Positions 17,950 to 27,431 of a stretch of 51,903 nucleotides of DNA are shown here, piece after piece. The position numbers were made by a program, and so were the translations under genes. Numbering within the stretch: position 1 is the stretch's first letter; the number at the start of each line of letters is the position of its first letter. Source of the DNA: Gemmatimonadota bacterium (lineage in GTDB: Bacteria > Gemmatimonadota > Gemmatimonadetes > Gemmatimonadales > GWC2-71-9); contig JBEPVA010000003.1 in the NCBI GenBank assembly GCA_041691295.1, forward strand, positions 1 through 51,903. The letters are read 5' to 3'. Below the pieces are notes generated by a model. That model did no database searches, was not told the origin of the DNA, and saw nothing but the letters and a program-made list of their open reading frames with translations.

Positions 17950-18711
17950 ATGTCTCGCAATTCATCCAGCGCCATCTGTGCCCTTGCCGTGCTCGCCGCC
18001 GCCTGTGGGGCCGGCAAAACCGAACGCCCGGTCGTGACCACGACGTCCCAGGGAATGGAAACCTCCCCGGCCGGCACCGAGGCCGCGGGCCGCGACCGCT
18101 CGCTGGTCCGGTTCGTCGATGCCCTGCCCCGCCCTGGCGACGTGGACGTCACCGCCGACGGCCGCACGGTCTTTTCGGGCATCGGCTACAAGACCGTGAC
18201 CAGCTACCAGGAAATCCACGAGAACGCGCCCACCTTCCGGATGCGGGTCGCGGGCGCGGACAGTGTCCTGGCTGACAACAAAGAAGGGCTCCGCGATGGC
18301 TCGCGTTACACCGTGATCTCGATGCCCGGCGTGAATGGCGAACCGCGGCTCCGGGTTTTCAAGGATGACCTCACCACCGACGCCAACAAGGCGCGGATCA
18401 GGGTCATCCAGGCGGTGCCGCGGCTGGGCGAAGTCGACGTGGCGGTGGTGGGCCACCGGGAGCCGCTGTTCAAGGGGGTGACGTACGCCAGCGAGGTGGG
18501 CTATCAGGATTTTGCCCCGATGACGGCGACGATCGAGATCCGCCAGGACAAGATCCATATGGCCCCGGTACGGATCAAGGAAATGCACCTCGAGGCCGGC
18601 CACGCCTACACCATTGTGCTCACCGGTGATCGCAATGGCGCGGTCGAGGCCCTCACCTTTGACGACCAGGTCGAGTCAGCCACCCCGGCTCCGGTGGCCG
18701 CCACCAACTAG
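17950..18711 (+). CDS. DUF4397-like lipoprotein
   Basis: Lipobox (AVLAAAC), then duplicated modules VRFVDALPRPGDVDVTADGRTVFSGIGYKTVTSYQEI and IRVIQAVPRLGEVDVAVVGH..LFKGVTYASEVGYQDF. Confidence 0.8.
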   Translation: MSRNSSSAICALAVLAAACGAGKTERPVVTTTSQGMETSPAGTEAAGRDRSLVRFVDALPRPGDVDVTADGRTVFSGIGYKTVTSYQEIHENAPTFRMRVAGADSVLADNKEGLRDGSRYTVISMPGVNGEPRLRVFKDDLTTDANKARIRVIQAVPRLGEVDVAVVGHREPLFKGVTYASEVGYQDFAPMTATIEIRQDKIHMAPVRIKEMHLEAGHAYTIVLTGDRNGAVEALTFDDQVESATPAPVAATN

Positions 18712-18759
18712 ATGACTGACACGATCACTCCACCATCCGCGTCACGCGCGAGGTAAACG

Positions 18760-19263
18760 ATGTCCACTGAAGGCACCCGGCACCTGCTGCTCGATGAACT
18801 GCACGAACTGTACGACATCGAAAGCCAGATGGCCCGGGTGCTGCCGCGGATGGCGGAGCTGGTCACCCTGCCGCGGCTCAAGGCGGCACTGCTGGGTCAG
18901 CTGTCAGACTCCCGAAACCAGGTGCAGCGACTGGCCTGCATGCTGTCCGATCTGGGGCAGTCGGTCCGGAAGCGGACAACCCGGAACCTGAGCCGCCTGT
19001 TTGACAAGCACGGCAGCGTGGTCTTCTCAGGCGCGAGCTCCGAGTCGATGAACCGGGAGTTCCTCAAACTGGCCCGCCGGATTGAGCAGTCCGAGATCAC
19101 GCTGTGTGGCTGTGCCATTACCTATGCCGAGCTGCTTGGCTATGTCGATGTGGTGCGGGTGCTGCGGGCTACATTGGAGGAAAAGGAAGCGACGGAAAGC
19201 CAGCTGTGCCGGGTAGCGCGAGTGCCGGAACCGCTGCCGATCAGCGCCGCGCCCGTCCAGTAG
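18760..19263 (+). CDS. DUF892 (YciE/YciF-type) ferritin-like protein
   Basis: LLLDELHELYDIESQMARVLPRMAELVTLPRLKAALLGQLSDSRNQVQRL. Confidence 0.75.
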   Translation: MSTEGTRHLLLDELHELYDIESQMARVLPRMAELVTLPRLKAALLGQLSDSRNQVQRLACMLSDLGQSVRKRTTRNLSRLFDKHGSVVFSGASSESMNREFLKLARRIEQSEITLCGCAITYAELLGYVDVVRVLRATLEEKEATESQLCRVARVPEPLPISAAPVQ

Positions 19264-19312
19264 AACTCCAGCGGCGGCAGGATACCGCATCGTGCGGGCG
19301 GGGGCCGAATGG

Positions 19313-20223
19313 CTATCCCGCCCGTTCGAGCGTAAAGATCCTGGCGTCATCGTTGGATATGCCGCCCACCAGGTCCCCCAGGATCCGGGCTGCGACGACC
19401 GAAAAAGTGATCCCGTTGCCGCCGTACCCCAGCGCGAACCGCAGCCGCGAACCGGACGCGCCTGGGCCGATGGACGGCAGTCCATCGGCCGTCTCCCCGA
19501 AGGTGCCGGCCCATGAATGGGCGGTCGTGGTCTCGAGGCCTGGCAGCAGCTGCCTCAGGCGCTCCTCGAGACGTTTGGTCTTGGCGGGAATCAACCGGTT
19601 CCTGAGCGCCGGACTCCGGAATGGCACATCCTCGCCGCCGATGACGATCCGGCCATCCTGGCCGGTCCGCAGATAGTTGTAGGGGCGGGCGGATTCCCAG
19701 ACCAGGCACTGGCCATTCCACTGGCCCCGCTCACCCGGCTCGGTGGCCCTGCCACACGATGTGTTGAGGGTGACCAGCTCCTTCCGGAGCGGCTCGGGCA
19801 CCTCATACCCTCCCGCAAAGATCACCCAGTCGGCCCGGATCCTGGCGCCGGCGGACAGCTCGCCGTCAACATGGCTGCTGGTCGCGTCGCAGCGGCCCAC
19901 CGGTCCGTCCAGACAGTCTCGCTCGCCCGAACCGCGTGCGGAATGCCGACTTGCTCGACCTGCTCGGCGAGTTCGACATCGATTTCGTATTGCAGCAGGG
20001 CGGTGCTGGCGGCGGTGCTGCCCAGCCCGGGATCACGCCGGTCAACCACGATGACATCATGGCCTCGGGAAGTCATGGCATCGGCCACCAGCGCGCCGGT
20101 AAGACCGGCGCCGATGACCAGGACCTCGCAACGATGCTCGCCGACCAGCGGGGCTACGGACGGCGTGAGCTCATGCTGGATCAGCCACCAGGGTGCGCCG
20201 CCGTGTAGATCCATCCTGCGCAC
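19313..20223 (-). pseudogene. FAD-dependent (DAO-type) oxidoreductase, disrupted by a frameshift and probably internally shortened
   Basis: The N-terminal piece (19822..20223) carries VLVIGAGLTGALVADAMTSRGHDVIVVDRR. The C-terminal piece (19313..19900) carries ADWVIFAGGY...RIVIGGED...AHSWAGTFGETADGLPSIG...GYGGNGITFS. The two pieces are in different frames and overlap. Confidence 0.6.
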
Positions 20224-20258
20224 CCTCCCTCAAACGTTTCGATGTCGGTCCCGCGAGT

Positions 20259-21302
20259 CTAATCATCCATCTTGAAGCCGAGCCAGTTCCTGACGTTCTC
20301 GCTGACCCGTTCAGCCGCGGGCGGATCGAGATTGGCCAGTACGATCAGCACGTAGCCGCCGGGCAGCGGTCCCTCGACTGAAGCATTCAGGCCGCCGGAA
20401 CCGCCGGCAATGCCCAGCCCGCCCTTCGGAGTCCCCGGAATGGTGCCGGCCTGGACCGCCGACATGAATTTCAGCAGATCCCCCGCGGTTGAGTAACCAC
20501 CGCCCGCCGAGCTGCCTCGGCCCGGAAGTTCCTCCCGGTTGGAGTGGAGTGGAGTACCCGGGGCGGCGTCACGGTCTCCAGTGGTGTACCCGACTGCCGT
20601 GTTGGGTGGCAGTGAATCGACGGCGTACGATCCCGTCCGGGTCATGCCGGCCGGCTGGAGGATGTGGTGGGACACATAGTCGTAGTAGCTCTCGCCCGAT
20701 AGCCGTTCGATCAGCAGACCGAGCACGACGAAGCCGGCGTTACTGTAGGCATCCTTGCTGCCGGGCTCGAACTGCAACGGTTCTGAGACGAACAGCGGCA
20801 GGTAATCCTGCAACCGCCGGATATCACGGCGCTGGCCGCCGGCTGGCGCGGCAAAGATGTTGCCCCCGATTCCCGACGTGTGGCGCAGCAGCTGGCGGAT
20901 GGTGATCCGGCGCGCCACATCGGCATTGGGGTAGTCGGGCCAGTACGTGGCCAGCGTGCTGTCCGGGTCGAGCTTGCCCGCCGCCGCCAGCTGACGGATG
21001 GCGGTGGCGGTGAAGACCTTGTTGATCGAGCCGATGTTGAAACCGGTCTCGATATTATTGGGCCGTTTGGCGTCGCGATCGGCCATTCCGACCACGCGCT
21101 GGAGGACCGGCTTACCGTCCAATGCCAGCAGGACGACTCCGCTGAACTGATCGAGCGCCGCCAGGCTGTCGATCGTCTTGTTGAGCCGGCCGGTCAGTTC
21201 GGTCTGGGAAATCGGTGAGGGTGGCACCCCCTGCGCCGGCATGATGCATGGAGCCGCGGCCACGAGGGTGGCCAGCGCGACACTACGGATGAGTATGGGC
21301 AT
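20259..21302 (-). CDS. Secreted serine hydrolase / class C beta-lactamase-family protein
   Basis: Signal peptide, SxxK motif (FNIGSINKVFTATAI) and YSNAGF. Confidence 0.85.
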   Translation of the reverse strand: MPILIRSVALATLVAAAPCIMPAQGVPPSPISQTELTGRLNKTIDSLAALDQFSGVVLLALDGKPVLQRVVGMADRDAKRPNNIETGFNIGSINKVFTATAIRQLAAAGKLDPDSTLATYWPDYPNADVARRITIRQLLRHTSGIGGNIFAAPAGGQRRDIRRLQDYLPLFVSEPLQFEPGSKDAYSNAGFVVLGLLIERLSGESYYDYVSHHILQPAGMTRTGSYAVDSLPPNTAVGYTTGDRDAAPGTPLHSNREELPGRGSSAGGGYSTAGDLLKFMSAVQAGTIPGTPKGGLGIAGGSGGLNASVEGPLPGGYVLIVLANLDPPAAERVSENVRNWLGFKMDD

Positions 21303-21358
21303 GCGAGCTCTGATGCCCGGATTGCCGGCACGGTCGCGTATTCAGATGGAAACGCGAA

Positions 21359-21389
21359 ACGGACCGGCCACGGGTTCGGGCCGGTCCGT
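21359..21389 (-). terminator. Hairpin terminator downstream of the 94-aa basic protein gene, potentially bidirectional
   Basis: Stem acggaccggcc / ggccggtccgt, T-rich on both sides in the respective sense orientations. Confidence 0.55.
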
Positions 21390-21405
21390 TTTGCGCAGGA
21401 TCGTG

Positions 21406-21690
21406 CTAGCGGCTAAACGCCTTCTTGACCAGCGCACCCCGCCGCTTGGCATCCGAGACCAGCCGGTCCCGGGTGGCGACGAACTTCTTGGTTTCCTTGA
21501 TGGCCTGGGTCACCCGCTTGGAATGCAGCACCGCTTCGCGGGCGGCCAGCAGGTCCTTCTTCACCTTGTACTGCTTGACCTTCTTGGCAATCACCTTCTT
21601 GTCCTTCTCGAAATCCTTCAACTGGGCCGAGGCCAGCCGACGAAGGATGGCCCAGCGGCGCTCGAAGGATTTGATGCTCTGCAACGGCAT
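21406..21690 (-). CDS. Small, highly basic Lys-rich helical protein
   Basis: The composition is atypical for GC-shadow ORFs: KDFEKDKKVIAKKVKQYKVKKDLLAAREAVLHSKRVTQAIKETKKF. A terminator follows. Confidence 0.6.
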   Translation of the reverse strand: MPLQSIKSFERRWAILRRLASAQLKDFEKDKKVIAKKVKQYKVKKDLLAAREAVLHSKRVTQAIKETKKFVATRDRLVSDAKRRGALVKKAFSR

Positions 21691-21729
21691 GGTGGCTACT
21701 CCTGTTGAATGAAGACCGAAATCCCCGGA

Positions 21730-22002
21730 TCAGCGCAGCCGGAGGTGAGCCCCTGATGGCGCCGGCACTCCGACGTGATCGACCGCCCCGGGCGCCCCTT
21801 CCATGGAGGCACAATGGGCGCAGCAGTAAAACGAACTGTTGGCCTCGATGCCATGACCGATGATCCGGCAGCCGCAGTGATCGCAGGTCGGCGCCAATTT
21901 GTGGATGGCGCACTCGAAACTGTCGAACACATGCCGCTGGCCCCCCGCGATGACCTCAAAGGCCAGGTAGTACTCATTGCCGCAGGTCTCACACACAGCC
22001 AT
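21730..22002 (-). CDS. Cys/His-rich putative metal-binding protein
   Basis: MAVCETCGNEY...FDSFECAIHKLAPTCDHCGCRIIGHGIEANSSFYCCAHCA. This pattern matches a conserved hypothetical family I recall from Actinobacteria. Confidence 0.7.
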   Translation of the reverse strand: MAVCETCGNEYYLAFEVIAGGQRHVFDSFECAIHKLAPTCDHCGCRIIGHGIEANSSFYCCAHCASMEGAPGAVDHVGVPAPSGAHLRLR

Positions 22003-22041
22003 GGCTCCCCCGGAAGTATAGGATGGTGATCGGGAACAGGC

Positions 22042-22260
22042 TTACGCCTTTTTCTGGACTCCGCCGAAGACCAGCAGGCCCAGTCCGGCAAGCGCCACGA
22101 CCGGCCCGACCCAGTTCGGGACGGTGTGATCGTCCGGCGCGGTGATCTTCACATCACCGACCTTGACGATGTCCTTCTGGGTCGTGAAGCTGCCGCCGCG
22201 GACGAAGAGAAAACCGCCCAGCAGGACGAGGATGATGCCAACCAGCATGGTCGAGCGCAT
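22042..22260 (-). CDS. Small two-TM membrane protein
   Basis: I chose ATG at 22260, preceded by GGGAGG. MRSTMLVGIILVLLGGFLFV...WVGPVVALAGLGLLVFGG. Confidence 0.5.
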   Translation of the reverse strand: MRSTMLVGIILVLLGGFLFVRGGSFTTQKDIVKVGDVKITAPDDHTVPNWVGPVVALAGLGLLVFGGVQKKA

Positions 22261-22411
22261 ACGGCCTCCCTGTAACGAGGAACCTGCAACCGGCAACACA
22301 AAAGGCGCGATCGTCCGCTTCAGGAGGAAGCGAGGATCACGCCTTCATCTCACGGGGCCAGAGCCGCCGGGCGATAAGGTGGGCGCCAATGGGCGCCCGA
22401 TATGTACGACC

Positions 22412-24073
22412 ATGATACCGCGAAATCCCGGCGGAGGCAAGAGAACCGCCCGGTCCCTATATTCCGCCTCCGTGACGATCGACACTCCCACCGAACTCGA
22501 AGCGGCTCTCGCGGAACGGTACGAGATCCGCCAGGTACTGGGCAAAGGCGGCATGGCCACCGTCTTCCTGGCCTATGACCGCAAGCACCAGCGCGAAGTC
22601 GCCGTCAAGGCCCTGCGGCCCGACCTGACCGCCACCCTCGGCGCCGACCGGTTCCTCAAGGAAATCCAGATCGTCGCCCGGCTGACCCATCCCCATATCC
22701 TGGCCATGCATGAGAGTGGAGAAGCCGCCGGCTTCCTCTACTATGTCATGCCCTACATCACCGGCGGATCGCTGCGCAACCGGCTGGAGGCGGCCGGTTG
22801 GTTCAGGCCAGCCGACGCAGTGGCAATCGCGGCGCCGGTGGCCGATGCCCTGTCCTATGCCCATCGCATGGGGATTTTCCATCGAGATATCAAACCGGAA
22901 AACATCCTGTTTTCCGAAGGCCATCCCGTGGTGGCCGATTTCGGAATCGCCAGGGCGGTAAGCACCGCCGGCGTTGGCAACCTGACCCGGACCGGTTTCC
23001 CGCTGGGTACTCCCGGATACATGAGCCCCGAGCAGGCCGCCGGCATGACTGACCTGGATGGGCGGAGTGACGTCTACAGCCTGGCCGTCGTGGTCTATGA
23101 GATGCTGGTCGGCGAAACACCCGGGCGCTGGCCCACAGAAGACGCCGTGCGAGCCGGCCGGTTCCTCGAGGCCTCAGCCGGCCATCGCGCTCGACTCACT
23201 GAAGCTGGAGCGGCAATCGAAGGGGCGCTGGTCCGCGGCCTGGCCATCCGGCATGACCAGCGGACCGCCACCCCAGCGATCCTCCTCACCGAACTGCAGG
23301 GGCAATCGGCCCCACCACCGCGCCGGAAATACGACGAAGAGCAGATCCGGGAAATCGTGCGGCGGGCCTCCGAACTCGAGGCCAGCAATCCCACCAGTGG
23401 TGCGATGACGATCGGGGGGATCGAGGCGCTGGCCGCCGAGGTCGGGATATCACCCGAGTCGGTCAAGAAGGCGGTTCGGGCCGTCAACACCCCAGTGCCG
23501 TCGCCGGTTCCGGCCGAATCGCCCGGCTGGACCCGGGTATTCGGGGCCCCGGGCAATCTGGTCATCGAGCGGGAGATCGAGGGCGAAGTACCGGACTCCG
23601 AATTCCCGGTCATGGTCGACGAGATTCGGCGGATCCTGCAGCAGCTCGGCCAGGTCAGCCAACTGGGCCGGAGCTTTTCCTGGAACATGACCCAGTCCAT
23701 GGGTCGGCGCCGGGATGTCGAGGTGGCCGTGTCGGTCCGTGGCGGGAAGACCAGGATCATGGTCAGGGAAAACCTGCTGCAGCTCAAAGGGGTGTTTGGC
23801 GGGATCTGCGGGGTGCTTGGCGGCCCCGGGGGTGCGGCGCTCGTCGGCATTTCCATCGGCGCACTTGGACTGCACCCCTTGGCTCTGCTGGCGATCATTC
23901 CCACCTGGTGGGCCTCGGTATTCGGCATTGCCAGGACGGTGTACGCCCGGTCGTTCAGGACACGGGAACAGGAGTTCACCTACCTGGTAGGCCGACTGGC
24001 CGACATGGCCACCGAGCTGGCCGTCGCCCAGCCAGCCATCAACCCGCCTGCCGCCCGCAAGTTCCTGGGTTGA
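22412..24073 (+). CDS. Hanks-type Ser/Thr protein kinase with a C-terminal membrane anchor
   Basis: YEIRQVLGKGGMATVFLAYDRKHQREVAVKAL, HRDIKPENILF, DFGIA and GTPGYMSPEQ, with hydrophobic helices near the C-terminus. The start may be ATG at 22412 or GTG at 22472. Confidence 0.85.
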   Translation: MIPRNPGGGKRTARSLYSASVTIDTPTELEAALAERYEIRQVLGKGGMATVFLAYDRKHQREVAVKALRPDLTATLGADRFLKEIQIVARLTHPHILAMHESGEAAGFLYYVMPYITGGSLRNRLEAAGWFRPADAVAIAAPVADALSYAHRMGIFHRDIKPENILFSEGHPVVADFGIARAVSTAGVGNLTRTGFPLGTPGYMSPEQAAGMTDLDGRSDVYSLAVVVYEMLVGETPGRWPTEDAVRAGRFLEASAGHRARLTEAGAAIEGALVRGLAIRHDQRTATPAILLTELQGQSAPPPRRKYDEEQIREIVRRASELEASNPTSGAMTIGGIEALAAEVGISPESVKKAVRAVNTPVPSPVPAESPGWTRVFGAPGNLVIEREIEGEVPDSEFPVMVDEIRRILQQLGQVSQLGRSFSWNMTQSMGRRRDVEVAVSVRGGKTRIMVRENLLQLKGVFGGICGVLGGPGGAALVGISIGALGLHPLALLAIIPTWWASVFGIARTVYARSFRTREQEFTYLVGRLADMATELAVAQPAINPPAARKFLG

Positions 24074-24109
24074 GCACGCGATCGGAGCTGGACCCGCGGC
24101 TCTGCCCGC

Positions 24110-25033
24110 TCAGGTCCCCTTTACCATGGCCATGACCTTAGTCAGGCTCAGGCTGCCGGCCTGGTCCTGGATCTGCTGCTGGACCTTGGGATAGAGGGTC
24201 TGGGCCTCGCCCTGGAACCGGGCAAACAGCGCCTTGAGATCCGCGGTGCTGATCCGGCGCCCCTGCGAGTAGTACTGCTCGGCCACATGACCCAGCGCGT
24301 ACGTCGCCGCGAACGATACTGCCGCACCCGACGCGACCCGGGTGGCGCCACCGATCAACCCGCCCAGTAGTCCGCCCGCCAGCCCACCCAGCACCTTCAT
24401 CACCACCCCCTCGAGTGCCTGGGCCGCGGCACCGAGTCCCAGCGTGGCCGCGAGATCCTTCACCTGGTTGATATCAAGCTGCTGGCCGTGCCGCTGTCCG
24501 ATGGTGTAGACCAGGCGGAGCTGCAACGGAAGGATCGCGATGTTGGCCAGCCGGTCGGGCAGGATTTCCAGAGCACCGGTCAGGATGGCCTGCTGCAGAA
24601 TCAGGTCGTCGGGATTCGAGGCATTGCCCGACGACGAGACGGTTGGAAAGGGCGAGCTGGTCGGCACACTGCCCGCGAGGGTCGCGGCGGCCTGCCCCAT
24701 CTTGTTCACCGCCGGCCCCGAAATCCCCAGCGCCATCTTCAGCTCATCCAGAAATTTCTGCTCAGCGGGGCTGGCGGCGCCATCGGCGTTGCAGACGGCC
24801 AGCGCAGTCTCGTACACCATCTGCCTGGCCTGGTCGTCCGAGAGTTTGGCGGCCAGGTCTGCCACCCGAAGGCCGCCGGCCGAAACCTGGGCCGCGAGCC
24901 GAGTCACATCAGGGGAGCCGATCCTGGCCACGACCGCATCGATGGCGGCCTTTTCGGTTGAATCAGTAGTGCCATCAGCGGCGGCGGCCAGCATGGCAAT
25001 GGCGACGAGGGCGGGATAGTCAGATGGGGACAT
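24110..25033 (-). CDS. TerB-like N-terminal domain protein with a Gly-rich helical C-terminal domain (DUF533/YebE-like)
   Basis: I chose ATG at 25033 (MSPSDYPALVAIAMLAAAADGTTDSTEKAAIDAVVARIG). The track ORF extends upstream through the heptamer array. Confidence 0.65.
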   Translation of the reverse strand: MSPSDYPALVAIAMLAAAADGTTDSTEKAAIDAVVARIGSPDVTRLAAQVSAGGLRVADLAAKLSDDQARQMVYETALAVCNADGAASPAEQKFLDELKMALGISGPAVNKMGQAAATLAGSVPTSSPFPTVSSSGNASNPDDLILQQAILTGALEILPDRLANIAILPLQLRLVYTIGQRHGQQLDINQVKDLAATLGLGAAAQALEGVVMKVLGGLAGGLLGGLIGGATRVASGAAVSFAATYALGHVAEQYYSQGRRISTADLKALFARFQGEAQTLYPKVQQQIQDQAGSLSLTKVMAMVKGT

Positions 25034-25053
25034 GTCTCGTATTCGGTGAAGGG

Positions 25054-25102
25054 GAACAGCGAGCAGCGAACAGCGAACAGCGAACAGCGAACAGCGAACT
25101 GG
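25054..25102. repeat. Tandem heptamer array of 7 units
   Basis: Units are gaacagc gagcagc gaacagc x5, located 21 nt upstream of the TerB-like gene start. Confidence 0.85.
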
Positions 25103-25360
25103 CAATCCCAAGGTGCAGCACCGACCTGGAATTGCAATGCCTTGGACCTTCCGAGGCTCCAATGGTTCGCCGGTCCGCCCAATACTACCCTCCTTCCGTC
25201 TCAAGCCGGCGGTTCCTTGTCACAACCCACCCTCCAATTCCGATCCCCAGTGTGTCCTATTTCACGGCAATCGCCGATTGGGTCCCGTCAGTTGCTGTGT
25301 CTCCCTTACCAGCCTCCCGCTGAGAACGTACCATAGGGAGAACCTCAAAATCGTGAGTTC

Positions 25361-26746
25361 ATGACCGCCACCACCCCAAAGCCTGTCACCATCAACCAGG
25401 ACCGGCTCGACCGCCTCACGGCCGAGCAGGAACAGCTCTTCATCTCCCGCCAGACCAACTCGGCGATGATGCATAGTCGGGCGGTTGGGAGTCTGGCCGG
25501 CGGAGTCACATCGAGCTGGCAGATCTCGGTGCCCCAGCCGATCTGGATCAGCCATGGCCGAGGCTCCCATGTCTGGGATGTCGACGGGCACGAGTATGTC
25601 GATTTTCATGGCGGTTACGGGGTCGGGCTGGCCGGGCATGCCCATCCGGCGATCGTGGCGGCGGTGAATGCCCGCATTCTGAACGGAACGCACTTCGGCC
25701 AACCCAGTCCTGATGCGCCGCTGGTGGCCGAAGAACTGGTCCGGCGGTTCGGAATGCCGCTCTGGCGGTTTTCCAATTCCGGCACCGAAGCGACGATGAA
25801 CGCCATCCACCTGGCCCGCTCAATCACCGGCCGGATGCGGATCATCAAGTTCGAGGGAGCGTATCACGGCCATCATGACTCGGTCCGGACCCGGATCTGG
25901 CATGAGCCGGTGGATACCGCCCGGGCCGATGGCCAGACCGTGCGGACCAGGGCATCGAGCGGGATTCCGAGCCCGCTGCTGGCCCTGACCGAGGCGGTGC
26001 AGTTCAACGACCTGGAGGCGGTGAGAGCGCTGTTCGAGGTGCACCGCGGGGATATTGCCTGCGTGATTCTGGAACCAATCCTGATGAACTGCGGCATCAT
26101 CTACCCCGACCCCGGATTTCTCGAAGGACTGCGAGCGCTGACCCGGAAGTATGGCGCCCTGCTGATCTATGACGAGGTCAAGACCGGGCTCACGATCCAC
26201 CCCGGTGGAGCGGTCCGCCTGTTTGGCGTCGAGCCTGACATCGTCTGCCTGGCCAAGGCGCTGGGCGGCGGCGTACCGATCGGCGCCATCGGCGGGACCA
26301 CCGAAGTCATGGAGGAGATCGTGAGCGGCCGGTATGAGCAGGTCGGCACCATGAATGGCAATCCGCTATCGATGGCGGTGGCGAAGGCGGTGCTGTACGA
26401 TGTGCTTACTCCGGAAACGTATCGCGAACTCGGGCGGCTGGAGCGCCGAATGGCTGAGGGGGCCGAGCAGATCGTGGCCCGGTTTGGGCTGCCGGCCAGG
26501 GTGGTCACGGCGGGGGCCAAGGGGTCGATCACCTACTCGGAAGTGCCGCTCAAGAACTACCGCCAGTTCCTGACCCTGGACGGCCGGTATGCCTACTGCG
26601 CCTGGCTGTTCCAGTACAATGGCGGGGTGTTCCTGCCCCCGTGGAGCAAAGGCGAGCAGTGGATGCTGTCGGTGCAGCATACCGACGCGGATGTGGACCG
26701 GTACCTGGAGACGCTGGAGCGCTTCGCTGTAGCCATCAGCCATTAG
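25361..26746 (+). CDS. Class III PLP-dependent aminotransferase (glutamate-1-semialdehyde aminomutase-like)
   Basis: DVDGHEYVDFHGGYGVGLAGHAHPAIVAAV, NSGTEATMNAIHLAR, YDEVKTG and LAKALGGGVPIGA. Confidence 0.9.
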   Translation: MTATTPKPVTINQDRLDRLTAEQEQLFISRQTNSAMMHSRAVGSLAGGVTSSWQISVPQPIWISHGRGSHVWDVDGHEYVDFHGGYGVGLAGHAHPAIVAAVNARILNGTHFGQPSPDAPLVAEELVRRFGMPLWRFSNSGTEATMNAIHLARSITGRMRIIKFEGAYHGHHDSVRTRIWHEPVDTARADGQTVRTRASSGIPSPLLALTEAVQFNDLEAVRALFEVHRGDIACVILEPILMNCGIIYPDPGFLEGLRALTRKYGALLIYDEVKTGLTIHPGGAVRLFGVEPDIVCLAKALGGGVPIGAIGGTTEVMEEIVSGRYEQVGTMNGNPLSMAVAKAVLYDVLTPETYRELGRLERRMAEGAEQIVARFGLPARVVTAGAKGSITYSEVPLKNYRQFLTLDGRYAYCAWLFQYNGGVFLPPWSKGEQWMLSVQHTDADVDRYLETLERFAVAISH

Positions 26747-26747
26747 C

Positions 26748-26817
26748 CGAGGGTCGAGGGTCGACGGTCGAGGGTCGAGGGTCGAGGGTCGAGGGTCGAG
26801 GGTCGAGGGTCGAGGGT
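26748..26817. repeat. Tandem heptamer array of 10 units
   Basis: cgagggt x10, with the third unit cgacggt. Starts 2 nt after the aminotransferase stop and ends 5 nt before minigene A. Confidence 0.9.
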
Positions 26818-26822
26818 CGCGA

Positions 26823-27029
26823 ATGTCACATCCGGACCCCCAAACCGCGATCTATTGTGAGACCCTAGCACGGAGGTGCTTCACGAGCCCGAAGAAAAAC
26901 GGCAGCCAGAAGGACCTCAAGCCCCGCGGCATCAAGAGCGGCAGCCAGGAGGCCGCCAGGGTCAAGGGCGGCAAGGTCGCGATGCAGGACTTCCATTTCG
27001 TCAAGAAGACTGACAAGGCGAGCGCTTGA
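26823..27029 (+). CDS. Minigene A: KDLKPR...VKGG leader plus Hcp-like core (KVAMQDFHFVKKTDKASA)
   Basis: Track ORF of 68 aa. The C-terminal 45 aa are paralogous to minigenes B and C at both nucleotide and protein level. The N-terminus is atypical and lacks MTARKK, so the start is uncertain. Confidence 0.5.
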   Translation: MSHPDPQTAIYCETLARRCFTSPKKNGSQKDLKPRGIKSGSQEAARVKGGKVAMQDFHFVKKTDKASA

Positions 27030-27060
27030 CCGGCGCCGTCGACACCCACAGGAGCGTCAG

Positions 27061-27225
27061 ATGACTGCCAGGAAGAAGACCACCAGCGCCGAGGACCTGA
27101 AGCCGCGCGGCATCAAGAGTGGCAGCAAGGAAGCCGGATCGATCAAGGGCGGCGTCAAGCCGGTCGACAAGTCGAGCGCCAAGCTGCATTTGGCCTGCGC
27201 GACGGGCGAACACATCAAGGAGTGA
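27061..27225 (+). CDS. Minigene B, 54 aa: MTARKKTTSAEDLKPRGIKSGSKEAGSIKGG leader plus core VKPVDKSSAKLHLACATGEHIKE
   Basis: Hand translation. AGGAG lies 7 nt upstream of the ATG (acaggagcgtcagATG). Leader paralogous to A, C and E. The core resembles the Hcp segment TKYIDKSTPNLMMACSSGKHY. Confidence 0.7.
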   Translation: MTARKKTTSAEDLKPRGIKSGSKEAGSIKGGVKPVDKSSAKLHLACATGEHIKE

Positions 27226-27260
27226 CTTGATCCACGGGTAAACCGCAACAGGAGATTCAG

Positions 27261-27419
27261 ATGACCGCCAGGAAGAAGACCGCCAAGGTCAAGGACCTGA
27301 AGCCGCGCGGCATCAAGAGCGGCAGCAGGGAAGCCTCGAAGGTGAAGGGCGGCAAGGTCGCCATGCAGGATTTCCACATCGTCAAGACGGTCGATAAGGC
27401 GAGCGCCAAACTCTTCTAG
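27261..27419 (+). CDS. Minigene C, 52 aa: MTARKKTAKVKDLKPRGIKSGSREASKVKGG leader plus core KVAMQDFHIVKTVDKASAKLF
   Basis: Hand translation with an AGGAG Shine-Dalgarno sequence (acaggagattcagATG). The core resembles the Hcp segment GKVNVQDLSFTKYIDKSTPNL. Confidence 0.7.
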   Translation: MTARKKTAKVKDLKPRGIKSGSREASKVKGGKVAMQDFHIVKTVDKASAKLF

Positions 27420-27431
27420 TGAGCCGAGGCA

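Noticed and set aside
26748-26817. Whether the regular short repeats here, and at 25054, 10635, 14182 and other sites, could be a CRISPR array.
   Set aside because: The units are 7 nt (one case is 8 nt) and directly abut each other with no spacers. CRISPR repeats are roughly 24-48 nt and are separated by unique spacers, and no cas genes are present.
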